This document shows positions 20,024 through 30,350 of a stretch of 64,000 nucleotides of DNA, piece by piece; within the stretch, counting starts at the first letter, position 1; every line of letters begins with the position of its first letter. The translations under genes and the position numbers were made by a program. This DNA comes from Cyanobacteria bacterium P01_D01_bin.156. GTDB lineage: Bacteria > Cyanobacteriota > Cyanobacteriia > Phormidesmidales > Phormidesmidaceae. Where the stretch lies: contig JBCCQQ010000017.1 of assembly GCA_039024555.1 (NCBI GenBank), forward strand, positions 38,252-102,251. Direction: 5' to 3'. The notes beneath the pieces were generated by a model. That model made no database searches. It had not been told where the DNA came from and was given only the letters and a program-made list of their open reading frames with translations.

Positions 20024-20403
20024 AGTTAAAAGACCTAAGAAATGGATAATTTGTTATCCACTCTGGTTGACTGACAAAAGATTTAAGCCGGAATGCACGC
20101 GATGAAATTAAATTCACATTCATATGAACGTTCTCGCTGACGCTTGGAGACACAAGTAGTCTGCGAGTCAAGTGTATTGGATAAATGCTGTGGGACATTA
20201 ATTAAGCTTGAGGTATTGGTTGATGGCTTGACGAATTCCATTCCAGCCAATTTCGGGATGAGACTTCATGTCGTGCTGTCCAATGGGGGCAACGAGCTAG
20301 CATTGACCTTGAAGTACAACCTGTGTGGCTTGCAGTATTAAAAACAGGATAGTTAAGACAACAGCCGACAGAAACTTTATCAACTCAACCAAGGATCAGA
20401 ATT

Positions 20404-21687
20404 ATGGCAAGAATAGTTTATTTCCCTCTTTTTTCTTCAAGCGTTGATTCAAAAGTATTCTCTCTGGATGAACCAAATCCTGGGGTAGGAGGTACACAAT
20501 TTACGACTATTCGTCTGGCAATTCTGTTGAGTATAGCCTGCCCAACATGGAACATCCATTTAGTAAATAATCTGCCATTTAAGATTAAGGATAAGCCAAA
20601 TAATCTTAACCAACTACACTTTAATACTCCTGATGATTTCTTTAATCATTTAGATGAATATTTTCCGGGAGTGGTTGTGTCAACTCCGTCCGTTTTATGT
20701 AAGACCAATTTTAATATTCTCCGAAAAATAGAAGAGAAGATAATTTGCTGGAGTCGTCATCCATTTGACCCAGGTGCTGACAAAGTGGCTAGAAATCTTA
20801 AGGTGAAAGGGATTGTCTGTGTCGGCATTTATCAATTCTTTTCAAATAAGTTTATTCATTCAGATTTGTTCAGTATCCAAAATGTATTTATTTATCCGGA
20901 AGTTGCTATTGATGACGATAAGGATATTTCGAGAAAGGAAAAAATTGATGTCGTTTACTTAGGCGCGTTACGCCCGAGTAAGGGATTTTTAGATGTCGCA
21001 AAGTCGTGGTGTGCATTGAAAAGTAAATTCCCTGGTATAAAGCTACATGTTATCGGCTCTGCTGAAACACATGCGCTGCAGTCCGTGTCTAGTCCTGTAC
21101 CAGCTTCTTCTACAGAATATGCTAACCAGATTCTTGAATTTATTGATGCAGAAGATATTGTGCATGGTAATGTCATATTCTATGGAAATTTGGGTAGAGA
21201 AAAATTTGACATTATCAAAAATTGTGATTTTGCTATCCTGAATCCGACAGGCATAGGCGAGGCTTTTCCAGCTTCACCGCTTGAGGTTATGTCATGTGGT
21301 GTGCCTGTAATCACCTCAAATGACTATGGAATGTCTGATTGTATGCGCTTCTTTCCTGAACTGGTCATAAATAGTTATCAGGAAATTGTGTATAAAGCCA
21401 TATGGCTAGTAGAAGATCCTTTGAGGTACCGTGAGGTTCAGCGCAGAGCAGTTGCTGTTGCTAAATGGTTTGACCTTCAGACAGATGGCATAGTCGTTAA
21501 TTGGATTAGACTAATTAACTCAACCATTGAAAATACCGGTATTAGTCTACCGCCCATTATGCCCTTCAATGGTTCAAGGGCTAAACTGTATCGCAGGCTT
21601 TACTTTGGTCCTGTAATGAACAAAATACAGAGAATACCGGCCAAGTTGTTTGGTAAGCAAGCGAAAATAAAGAATATATCTTCCTGA
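20404..21687 (+). CDS. Glycosyltransferase (GT-B, family 4-like)
   Basis: NPGVGGT; YLGALRPSKG; EAFPASPLEVMSCGVPVI. Confidence 0.82.
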   Translation: MARIVYFPLFSSSVDSKVFSLDEPNPGVGGTQFTTIRLAILLSIACPTWNIHLVNNLPFKIKDKPNNLNQLHFNTPDDFFNHLDEYFPGVVVSTPSVLCKTNFNILRKIEEKIICWSRHPFDPGADKVARNLKVKGIVCVGIYQFFSNKFIHSDLFSIQNVFIYPEVAIDDDKDISRKEKIDVVYLGALRPSKGFLDVAKSWCALKSKFPGIKLHVIGSAETHALQSVSSPVPASSTEYANQILEFIDAEDIVHGNVIFYGNLGREKFDIIKNCDFAILNPTGIGEAFPASPLEVMSCGVPVITSNDYGMSDCMRFFPELVINSYQEIVYKAIWLVEDPLRYREVQRRAVAVAKWFDLQTDGIVVNWIRLINSTIENTGISLPPIMPFNGSRAKLYRRLYFGPVMNKIQRIPAKLFGKQAKIKNISS

Positions 21688-21834
21688 GTCTTGCAGATCT
21701 CATGCCCTTATATCTTAGCTTGACTTTATCGATATGAAGCTGGTGCTAGCTACCGTGGAAAGTCAGTTTTACGCTAGGCGTTTTTGTTAGTCAAGCAGCT
21801 TTCTAAGCTAAGCCCAAAACTTATAATCACTCAA

Positions 21835-22827
21835 ATGATATCTATTGTTATTGCTAACTATAATAAGGAATCTTTTATCAAAGAGACAATTCAATCTGTA
21901 ATTAATCAAACGTACTTTGATTGGGAAATTGTCTTTGTTGATGATGGATCGACTGATAACTCGATACAGGTCATTTTAGAATTAGCGCGTCAAGATCCAA
22001 GGATTGTTGTAGAGCATACTCAACCATCTATGAGAGGTGCTAATGCAGCTCGTAATATTGGATGGCAGAGGTCAAAATTTGACTATATTTTGTTTTTGGA
22101 TTCTGACGATATTTTGGCACCTCAATGTATTGAAGATCGTCTGAGTCATTCAAGGGGAAGTGAGCTAGACTTTAATATTTTCACTGGTGGAACTTTTTTG
22201 CGTAAGGTTGGAGATCGAAAAATATTATGGCAGCCTAAAAAACATAGTTGTCATCTGGAGTCTTTTTTAAGACATGATCTACCTTGGCATTTGACTTCCG
22301 CTCTTTGGACAAAAACAGGGCTTAACAAAATTAATGGTTTTTCTGAGGAATTACCTCGCCTTCAAGATGTTGATCTATATATGCGAGCATTATTGCTGGG
22401 GCTTAGATATCGTGTAATCGGTGACGAGAAACCTGATTTTTTCTATCGAGTATCTCCTGAAAGATGCAATTATAATGCTTACGAATTGGGCGAAAGATAT
22501 GTAGCTGCGTGTGATATTTTCCAAAAATCAACATATGATTTAATCCAATCGACAGGCTATAAAGAAAATCTTAAAAAATTATACATTCGTCGATTGCGCG
22601 GTACTACGTTATCGATTATGTATAGATTTGCTATCGAAGGTTCAAAGGGACTTATGACTAATTATCAAATGCATAATCTTCAAAAGAATCTGCGTAATTT
22701 ACCAAGTACTTTATTGGTGTTTGATGGAGTTTCAGAGAATTATTTAGATGCATATATGCACTTAGTAAATATAGGGTTTTGGCGCTTAAGAGGATTTACA
22801 AAGTTAACTAAAGCTCTGATCTGTTGA
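21835..22827 (+). CDS. Glycosyltransferase family 2
   Basis: MISIVIANYNK, VDDGSTD, AARNIG, FLDSDD, QDVDL; ATG 21835 within ORF 21784..22827. Confidence 0.9.
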   Translation: MISIVIANYNKESFIKETIQSVINQTYFDWEIVFVDDGSTDNSIQVILELARQDPRIVVEHTQPSMRGANAARNIGWQRSKFDYILFLDSDDILAPQCIEDRLSHSRGSELDFNIFTGGTFLRKVGDRKILWQPKKHSCHLESFLRHDLPWHLTSALWTKTGLNKINGFSEELPRLQDVDLYMRALLLGLRYRVIGDEKPDFFYRVSPERCNYNAYELGERYVAACDIFQKSTYDLIQSTGYKENLKKLYIRRLRGTTLSIMYRFAIEGSKGLMTNYQMHNLQKNLRNLPSTLLVFDGVSENYLDAYMHLVNIGFWRLRGFTKLTKALIC

Positions 22828-23191
22828 CACGGAGAATACTTTAATAATGCCACAGATTTGAGATTAAATTTTCTGGTTTTTCTGTTACATCTTGAAAGCA
22901 GCTAAAGCCAATTATGATGTCAATCCAAAAGGTTTTTAAAGAACTTAATGAATCAAATAGAAATCAAGAAAATTTAGGGCGTTCGGACTCTTAGAGTAAG
23001 GAGTCAACTGTCTGAATATGGATTCCTTATAAACAAGATTTTTTACGACTTAAGAGAGCTTGTAAAAGACAAGTGTGCGATAGATATTAATTGTAGAAAT
23101 TGCCGTACTAAATCAGTTGTTGAAGAGGTTCATAGAACATGAATCAGTACGGATTTAAATTTGTTATTATCAAGTCTGAGGATCATCAAAG

Positions 23192-24349
23192 TTGATGAGA
23201 ATAGCACTTTTAAGCCCTGGAATTTTCCCGTATGTTGTTGGCGGTATTCAAAAGCATAGCTTCAACTTAGCTAAGCATCTGGCCATACTAGGAATTAAGG
23301 TTGATCTTTATCATACAGACTTTTCAGATGCAGTAGATATAGACCAGTTAGATGGAATGACCAATGCAGAAAAAGAAAATATAACTAGTATCGCTATTTC
23401 TTGGTCGAAGAGGGATCCTTTTCCCGGACACTATATTCGGTCTCTCCAACACTTCTCGACAAAGCTATACCATCAATATTGTCAACGCCCACCTGCAGAC
23501 TTTATTTATGGCCAGAGCCTGACTGCATTCAGCTTCATAAAAGCAAAACGGCATGGTGAAAAGCTACCTCCGATTGGTGTGAATCTCCATGGCTATGAAA
23601 TGTTTCAACTACCAGCAAGTTGGAAATCATATCTCCAGAATCAGATAGTGCTGCAATCCCCCTTTCGACGGCATGCACTTGAAGCAAATTATGTTTTTTC
23701 TTTAGGTGGTAAGCTTACTGAGCTAATTCAGGATGAGCTGAATATACAAGCCGAGAAAATCATCGAAATTCCAGGTGGCATAGATTCTTCATGGTTAGTT
23801 GATCAGATTAAAACTGCTTCTAGACCAATTCGTTTTATCTTCGTTGGTCGCTGCGAGCGGCGTAAAGGTATTCAAGAGCTACAGACAGCAATCTGCACAC
23901 ATCCTATCTGGAAAAGTCGTGCGCAGTTTCGCTTCATTGGTCCCATTCCAGAAGATAAGCGTTTGTCTATGCCACATGTCAGCTATGCCGGTGCTATTCG
24001 TGATGAAACATTACTGAAGCATGAGCTATCCCAAGCTGATGTTTTAATTTGCCCCTCTCATTCTGAAGGGATGCCCACTGTAATTCTTGAAGGGATGGCT
24101 TCTGGCTTAGCTATACTAGCCACTGATGTTGGTGCAGTGCGCCTCTTAGTTGATTCCAAAAATGGGGTGCTTCTACCCAAAGTCAGCATTCCAAGCATTA
24201 TCCAAGGAGTAGATCGCCTGCTTGATCAAAGTGAGAATCAATTGAAGAAGATGAAGCAGACTTCTCTCGATCGTGTGCAATCTTTTACCTGGGATCGTAT
24301 TGCAGCGTGCACTTTGGATGAAATTCAAAAGATTATTGTTAAAGTATGA
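23192..24349 (+). CDS. Glycosyltransferase family 4
   Basis: VVGGIQKH; FVGRCERRKG; PSHSEGMPTVILEGMASG. Confidence 0.9.
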   Translation: MMRIALLSPGIFPYVVGGIQKHSFNLAKHLAILGIKVDLYHTDFSDAVDIDQLDGMTNAEKENITSIAISWSKRDPFPGHYIRSLQHFSTKLYHQYCQRPPADFIYGQSLTAFSFIKAKRHGEKLPPIGVNLHGYEMFQLPASWKSYLQNQIVLQSPFRRHALEANYVFSLGGKLTELIQDELNIQAEKIIEIPGGIDSSWLVDQIKTASRPIRFIFVGRCERRKGIQELQTAICTHPIWKSRAQFRFIGPIPEDKRLSMPHVSYAGAIRDETLLKHELSQADVLICPSHSEGMPTVILEGMASGLAILATDVGAVRLLVDSKNGVLLPKVSIPSIIQGVDRLLDQSENQLKKMKQTSLDRVQSFTWDRIAACTLDEIQKIIVKV

Positions 24350-25407
24350 AAATTGCGCTTCTACACACACGCCTATCTGGTTATCTAGCAGCTTGCTTGC
24401 GAGAATTCAAACACCAGACAGGTGCGCAGCTTTTGATCTTTGCCTGGCCCAACCAGCCAGATGCTCCCTTTGACACTTCGAAGTTCGCCGACTTAGGAAA
24501 AGTCATCAATCGCTATGACTGCAGTAACGGAACTATCTTAAAGCAGATTCTAGAGTTTCAACCCACAGCTATACTTGCCAGCGGTTGGCGCGATAAAGGC
24601 TACGCTAAAATATGTCGTGCTCTAAAATCTAAAGATATTCCGATCATAGCGGGCTGTGATACCCAGTGGAAAGGTTCACTGAAGCAGTATTTTGCATCTT
24701 GGGTGGCACCTCTGCACATACAAAAATTTATCGATGTTCTTTGGGTTACTGGGGAACGTCAACGTTATCTAGCCCAAGCTCTAGGATACACCGGAGAACA
24801 ATGCTGGGAAGGCTACTACGCTTGTGATTGGGCATCATTCGCTAATCAGTCGATTCATCAAAATATTGCCTATTCCCCTTACTTTCTATATGTTGGCCGA
24901 TATGCACCTGAAAAAGGGTTGGACACACTCTCGGTTGCATACAAGAATTACGTTGCCCAAGTACAAAACCCATGGCGTTTAGTGTGTGCCGGGGCAGGAC
25001 CGCTAAACGCTATGTTGTTGGAAAGCGGGGCAGAGGATAAAGGATTTGTTCAACCGGAGAATCTGCCAAAACTTATGAAAGGGGCATCAGCCTTCGTACT
25101 ACCTAGTCGATTTGAGCCATGGGGAGTCGTTGCTCAAGAAGCTGCTGCTAGCGGTTTACCGCTGATTCTATCAGATGCTTGTGGTGCAGGTGTTTCCCTT
25201 TTACATAAGCATTACAACGGATTTGATTTTTCAAACGGTTCAGTCGAAAGTTTAACGCAAGCTCTCAAAGCGATGCATTCGCTTCCTCTGCAGCAGCGAC
25301 AACTTTTTGGCCAAGCAAGCTACGAACTTTCGAAGCAATATACACCAAAGCGCTGGGCAGAAACCTTATTACAGGGACTGCAGCAGTTAGATACTCAAAG
25401 CACCTAA
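24346..25407 (+). CDS. Glycosyltransferase family 4
   Basis: YVGRYAPEKG; LPSRFEPWGVVAQEAAASG; ATGA overlap with previous gene. Confidence 0.9.
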   Translation: MKIALLHTRLSGYLAACLREFKHQTGAQLLIFAWPNQPDAPFDTSKFADLGKVINRYDCSNGTILKQILEFQPTAILASGWRDKGYAKICRALKSKDIPIIAGCDTQWKGSLKQYFASWVAPLHIQKFIDVLWVTGERQRYLAQALGYTGEQCWEGYYACDWASFANQSIHQNIAYSPYFLYVGRYAPEKGLDTLSVAYKNYVAQVQNPWRLVCAGAGPLNAMLLESGAEDKGFVQPENLPKLMKGASAFVLPSRFEPWGVVAQEAAASGLPLILSDACGAGVSLLHKHYNGFDFSNGSVESLTQALKAMHSLPLQQRQLFGQASYELSKQYTPKRWAETLLQGLQQLDTQST

Positions 25408-25478
25408 AGATCCTGACCAACAACTAAATAAGCTGAAAAACAAGGTACTGACACATCAAGGGAAGATGTCTGGCTGTC

Positions 25479-26687
25479 ATGAGTAAATTTTTCTGGAGAC
25501 ATTTTTTAGTGCTTTACACGCTACCGTTTTTTCTGGCGACCAGTCAGATCACGCAAGTAGCCACAGCCGGCAAAGCACTAAGGTGGCTGATTTTGGTTAT
25601 TGGGTGCGTCATGACGGCTAGTTCAGGCTTTCAAAGGGCTGGTTCTAAGCGCATCCTTGTGACATGGACCGACAGAATAATTATTGCGTTTCTTTTACTG
25701 TTCTTAGTCTCTGAATACTGGACTATTGAGCCTTGGGCTACAGCTCAACGCGCGATCAGCCTGTTGTTGTTGTATGGCTGCTCATTTTGGACACTATGGA
25801 GATATGTTGATCAAATATCAGAACAAGAGTTTTTACAAAGATTTTTACAAGTATCAGGTATTATCTTCACTTTAAATTTATTATCGGCTGTCCTTCTCCC
25901 GAATGCATGGTTAGTAGGACGATTTAGAGGATTTTTCAATAACCCTAACAATATTGGTCTTACTTTAAGTTTAGTTATACCTCTAGCCATTTCTCAATGG
26001 CTTTATAGCAAACAAAACAAAAGCCTTTTTGTAGTAGGAATACTTATCTTAAATTTGTTGGCTTGTGGAAGTCGCAGTTCTATGTTGGGAATAGCAAGTG
26101 CGACGATTATAGTTTTAATATCGCTTTTTGCTAAACGTCCTAGCCAAGCTGTTATAGCTACAGCAATTGCCATTGTAGGTTTGGGGATTTTTATTCAAAC
26201 AGATTTCTTTATTGAGCAAGTTTTAAGAGATAGTTCCTTACAGACAGCTTCAAATCGAACCTATTTCTGGGAGTTAGCTCAAGAATATATTGCTAAACGT
26301 CCCGACTTTGGTCATGGTTTTGGAACAGATGCTGTAATTCATGACTATTATGGAGTTGTTTTGCGAGATCTCAAGTTACGGGGACATGGCGTTATGAGCA
26401 GCTATTATGGACTAGCCGTGCAGATTGGTTGGCCTCTAGCATGTTGTTTTTTTGCTTCGCTATGGGGATTTGCAGCATACTGTATTACCCAATTTTGGCG
26501 TAACTATGAGCTTATCTCTTTAGTCTCTTGCCTAGTCAGTGGACTAATTGTGTGCATTTTTGAACCCGCAATTTATTCTGCTGGAAATTGTTTCTCATTT
26601 CTTTTTTGGACAATTTTAATGCTGGCAACTCGACGTCTGTATTATCGAAAGCTATCTAAATCTAGATCTATACCCATCGCCATATAA
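25479..26687 (+). CDS. O-antigen ligase / Wzy polymerase family membrane protein
   Basis: ~11 TM; RFRGFFNNPNNIG, GSRSS, R..FW......P.FGHGFG. Confidence 0.82.
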   Translation: MSKFFWRHFLVLYTLPFFLATSQITQVATAGKALRWLILVIGCVMTASSGFQRAGSKRILVTWTDRIIIAFLLLFLVSEYWTIEPWATAQRAISLLLLYGCSFWTLWRYVDQISEQEFLQRFLQVSGIIFTLNLLSAVLLPNAWLVGRFRGFFNNPNNIGLTLSLVIPLAISQWLYSKQNKSLFVVGILILNLLACGSRSSMLGIASATIIVLISLFAKRPSQAVIATAIAIVGLGIFIQTDFFIEQVLRDSSLQTASNRTYFWELAQEYIAKRPDFGHGFGTDAVIHDYYGVVLRDLKLRGHGVMSSYYGLAVQIGWPLACCFFASLWGFAAYCITQFWRNYELISLVSCLVSGLIVCIFEPAIYSAGNCFSFLFWTILMLATRRLYYRKLSKSRSIPIAI

Positions 26688-26804
26688 AGTGATAACTTGC
26701 CTAACCACTTTCCAAGTAAATAATCTGAAATTTCTGTAACTCCCATAACTAAGATTCAGAAATAAAGAATATTTACTAAACACTGTGCACTTTCTTCTTG
26801 ATTC

Positions 26805-27968
26805 ATGAAAATTCTGCATGTGATTCCCTCCCTAAGCCCTAAATTAGGAGGTCCCACTCAAGCTGTTCTCCATTTGAGTAAAAACTTGCAGAATTGCGAC
26901 GTAGATGTGCAAATTCTGACGACTAACGACAATACCGATCAGCTTCTAGATGTACCTTTACTGAAAACCACCCTCTACAAGGGAGTTAAGGTAACATTTC
27001 TGCCACGCACTCTTCGAGCCAAAGAATTCATCTATGCTCGTGCATTAAATCAGTGGCACCAACAGAATTTAAGTTCTTTCGATGTCGTTCACACACACTA
27101 TATTTTCTCCTATCTTTCTAGTTGGACTGCCCGTGCTGCTCGTCGTAGAAAAATACCATACTTGATGAGACCTCTAGGACAGCTAACACCATGGGCACTA
27201 TCCCAATCAGCGCTTAAAAAAAGGCTGTATCGTAACATCCTCGAAAATAAGAACCTTCAAGCAGCTAACACCATTCACTGTACATCTCCAGGTGAAGCAG
27301 ATGACGTTAGCAAGCTGGGATTTCAGACTCCGAAGCTTTGTTTGCCATTGGGCGTAGAGCTACCTAACCTTGACCGTTCACAAGCCCGTGCCCAGCTCAA
27401 AAAACAATATCATCTTAAAGATGCTCCAATATTGTTATTTCTATCACGTCTGCATCTAAAAAAACGACCAGAGCTATTGTTAAAAGCAGTTCAACATTGG
27501 AGGCAAAGAGACTTACATGTAAATTTACTTATTGCTGGCAGTGGAGAACCCACCTACGAAAAACAACTGCGCAATCAAGTAAAAGAACTAGAAATTAATG
27601 ATTTAGTCACTTTTACAGGCTTCGTAGATGGTGCAGACAAGGAATGTCTCCTACAAGGAAGCGACCTATTTATGCTGCCCTCCTACTCAGAAAATTTTGG
27701 CATTGCTGTAGCAGAAGCTCTTGCAGCAGGAACACCAGTAGCCATTACTCCCGAAGTGCAAACATCTCCATGGATAGAAAAAGCAGACGCCGGTTGGATC
27801 GTTCCAGGAAATCTTGATATGTGGGTCAAGACATTAGAACCTATTTTGCAACGTCCCCAGATTTTGCTTGAAAAAGGCTTAGCCGGACGAAAGTTAGCCG
27901 CTGAGACCTTTAGTTGGTCGAAAATTGCACAAGAGCTTGCAAGCAGTTATTCGAAACTTGTGAGTTAA
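26805..27968 (+). CDS. Glycosyltransferase family 4
   Basis: MKILHVIPSL...GGP; FLSRLHLKK; LPSYSENFGIAVAEALAAGTP. Confidence 0.92.
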   Translation: MKILHVIPSLSPKLGGPTQAVLHLSKNLQNCDVDVQILTTNDNTDQLLDVPLLKTTLYKGVKVTFLPRTLRAKEFIYARALNQWHQQNLSSFDVVHTHYIFSYLSSWTARAARRRKIPYLMRPLGQLTPWALSQSALKKRLYRNILENKNLQAANTIHCTSPGEADDVSKLGFQTPKLCLPLGVELPNLDRSQARAQLKKQYHLKDAPILLFLSRLHLKKRPELLLKAVQHWRQRDLHVNLLIAGSGEPTYEKQLRNQVKELEINDLVTFTGFVDGADKECLLQGSDLFMLPSYSENFGIAVAEALAAGTPVAITPEVQTSPWIEKADAGWIVPGNLDMWVKTLEPILQRPQILLEKGLAGRKLAAETFSWSKIAQELASSYSKLVS

Positions 27969-28026
27969 ATGCAATCCTGCATACTCTGTACTTCTAACAA
28001 ACAAGATATTCTAGTTTCAACAAAGA

Positions 28027-28620
28027 TTGTACGTAACTAGAACCTTGAAAAAGAAGATTCCACGACTCATCGTTTTCATATTTTGCGTTGTTTTTACAAC
28101 AGTTCTAGTAATACGGATTAGAATCACCATAGCAATGTATCAATCTCCTTATCCACAAGCTGTTCTGGTGCTTGGCGGTGGAAAGGAACGAGAAATAGCC
28201 GCTGCAAAGCTTGCGGCACAGGAGCCCAATCTTAAAGTATGGGTATCGAGTGGCTCACTACCGCCACAAGCTAATAAAACCTTTTTGGCAGAAAATATTG
28301 CACTCTCTCGCGTAAGTCTTGACTATGATGCTACGGATACAGTGACAAATTTCACAACTACGGTTAATAAACTTAAAAGTGAGGGTATTCAAAATATTTA
28401 CATAGTCACCTCAGACTTTCACATGCCACGAGCCAGTGCGATCGCCTTCTGGGTTCTCGGCAGCAACAGCATCGCCTATACCCCAGTTCCAGTGCCCTCA
28501 CAACAACCCACCGAACCCCTCCACAAAACCCTCCGCGACATCACCCGCAGCTGGCTCTGGCTCCTCACCGGACGCACCGGCTCCAGCCTAGATCCAAACC
28601 CACCCGCCAAATCATCCTAA
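28027..28620 (+). CDS. YdcF/DUF218 (ElyC/SanA-like) protein
   Basis: N-terminal TM; VLVLGGG, VSSG, DTVTNF, VTSDFHMPRA. Confidence 0.85.
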   Translation: MYVTRTLKKKIPRLIVFIFCVVFTTVLVIRIRITIAMYQSPYPQAVLVLGGGKEREIAAAKLAAQEPNLKVWVSSGSLPPQANKTFLAENIALSRVSLDYDATDTVTNFTTTVNKLKSEGIQNIYIVTSDFHMPRASAIAFWVLGSNSIAYTPVPVPSQQPTEPLHKTLRDITRSWLWLLTGRTGSSLDPNPPAKSS

Positions 28621-28936
28621 CCAACCGCATAATCCGTAAACTGTCGCATGTAGGGCGTATGAAAACCGATGACAATATCCGTTTTTGGCACCCCTAACTC
28701 CACTAGCTCCTGAGCCAGATCATCCTCAGTACCATTCCACTGAATCCAGATTTTTCCATCTTTAATATCCACATGTACAGAACAACTGTGGACCCAGCGC
28801 AAACCCTGACGGGCGCATAATCTGATAATGATTCCGCACAGTATCAAAAACAGCCTGAATTTCAGTCTCTCCCGATGTTGGCGGATGTTCTATGTATCGA
28901 CTTAACAAACTTTTGATACTGTTCTAACTTTTTCAC
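28617..28936 (-). pseudogene. xisI: XisI-family pseudogene with two frameshifts
   Basis: Three frames read VKKLEQY / IKSLLSRYIEHPPTSGETEIQAVFDTVRNHYQIMR / QGLRWVHSCSVHVDIKDGKIWIQWNGTE...GVPKTDIVIGFHTPYMRQFTDYAVG. Confidence 0.85.
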
Positions 28937-29104
28937 AGAACAATATCCCCCTTTTATTACCTTCTAAAGAAACCTTCAGCGCATACTCATAGAGTGATGG
29001 CTTGCCTGTAGCACCATTAACGATTGTATCGGTATCCACTAATATACGATAAGCCGTTTTCTCAGCAGCTCACCTCGACGTTAGTTTCGCAAGGCCCGCT
29101 TATC

Positions 29105-30259
29105 ATGAGTTTATACAGCACTTTTACATCAGAGTCAGTCTCCGAAGGCCATCCCGATAAAATGGCCGACCAAATTTCCGACGCTATTTTGGATGCCCTG
29201 CTCAAGGACGACATCCACTCCCGTGTCGCGGTAGAAACCATGGTCAAAACCGGTATGGCCATTATCGCTGGGGAAGTTCGCACCAGTACCTATGTTGACC
29301 TTGAAGACATCGTCCGCGACGTCATCCTTGGTATTGGTTACGATAGCTCGGATGTCGGCTTCGATGGAGCTTCCTGTGCGGTTATCAATGCCATTGGTAA
29401 GCAATCGGCTGATATTGCCATGGGTGTGGACGAGGCGGAAAATAAAGACCTTGGGGCAGGCGATCAGGGCCTGATGTTTGGCTACGCCACCAACGAAACC
29501 GACGTGCTCATGCCCGCACCCATCTACTACTCCCATCGGTTAGTAGAGCGTCAGGCAGAACTACGCAAAAGCGGCAAGCTGGGCTGGCTGCGCCCCGATG
29601 CTAAAAGCCAGGTCACTCTACGCTACGAAAATGGTAAGCCCGTCGCTGTAGATGCTGTTGTTTTGTCTACCCAGCACGACCCAGAGATTACCCTTGGCGA
29701 CATCCGCGAAGCCGTAATGGAAGAAATCATTAAATCCGTCCTGCCTAACGACTGGTTCCATGCGGGTACCCAGTACCACATTAATCCTACAGGCCAATTT
29801 ATCATTGGCGGTCCTGTGGGTGACTGTGGTCTTACCGGACGCAAAATTATTGTGGATACTTATGGTGGCATGGCCCGCCACGGTGGCGGTGCCTTCTCGG
29901 GCAAAGACCCTTCTAAGGTAGACCGGTCTGCTGCCTATGCCGGTCGCTATGTGGCTAAAAACATTGTTGCGGCTGGTCTGGCTGACCGTTGTGAAATCCA
30001 GGTTTCCTATGCCATTGGCGTAGCTGAGCCTACATCGATTTCGATCAATACCTTTGGTACTGGCAAACTTGCCGACGACACGATTGTCCAGCTAATTCGC
30101 GATACCTTCGATCTGCGTCCCCAAGGTTTAATCGATATGCTTGACCTGCGTCGCCCTATTTATAGTGCAACCGCTGCCTATGGTCACTTTGGTCGCGAAC
30201 TGTCTGATTTTACTTGGGAAAAAACTGACAAGGTGGAGCAGCTAAAAGCGGCCCTTTAA
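29105..30259 (+). CDS. metK: S-adenosylmethionine synthetase
   Basis: [31 protein letters not shown] at 29105 within ORF 29024..30259. Confidence 0.98.
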   Translation: MSLYSTFTSESVSEGHPDKMADQISDAILDALLKDDIHSRVAVETMVKTGMAIIAGEVRTSTYVDLEDIVRDVILGIGYDSSDVGFDGASCAVINAIGKQSADIAMGVDEAENKDLGAGDQGLMFGYATNETDVLMPAPIYYSHRLVERQAELRKSGKLGWLRPDAKSQVTLRYENGKPVAVDAVVLSTQHDPEITLGDIREAVMEEIIKSVLPNDWFHAGTQYHINPTGQFIIGGPVGDCGLTGRKIIVDTYGGMARHGGGAFSGKDPSKVDRSAAYAGRYVAKNIVAAGLADRCEIQVSYAIGVAEPTSISINTFGTGKLADDTIVQLIRDTFDLRPQGLIDMLDLRRPIYSATAAYGHFGRELSDFTWEKTDKVEQLKAAL

Positions 30260-30350
30260 GGTGGCCATATCATCAGAATCTGCTTAGATAATCGTCTGAC
30301 GGCATAATAGAAAGGCTGGACAGATTTAACACTATTCACTACAGGAGCCC

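Noticed and set aside
20040..20345. Possible decayed gene or IS fragment (ORFs 19905..20198, 20144..20341)
   Set aside because: No motif I can assign to a family
30260..30350. SAH riboswitch before ahcY
   Set aside because: No recognisable SAH aptamer motif in the 91-bp spacer
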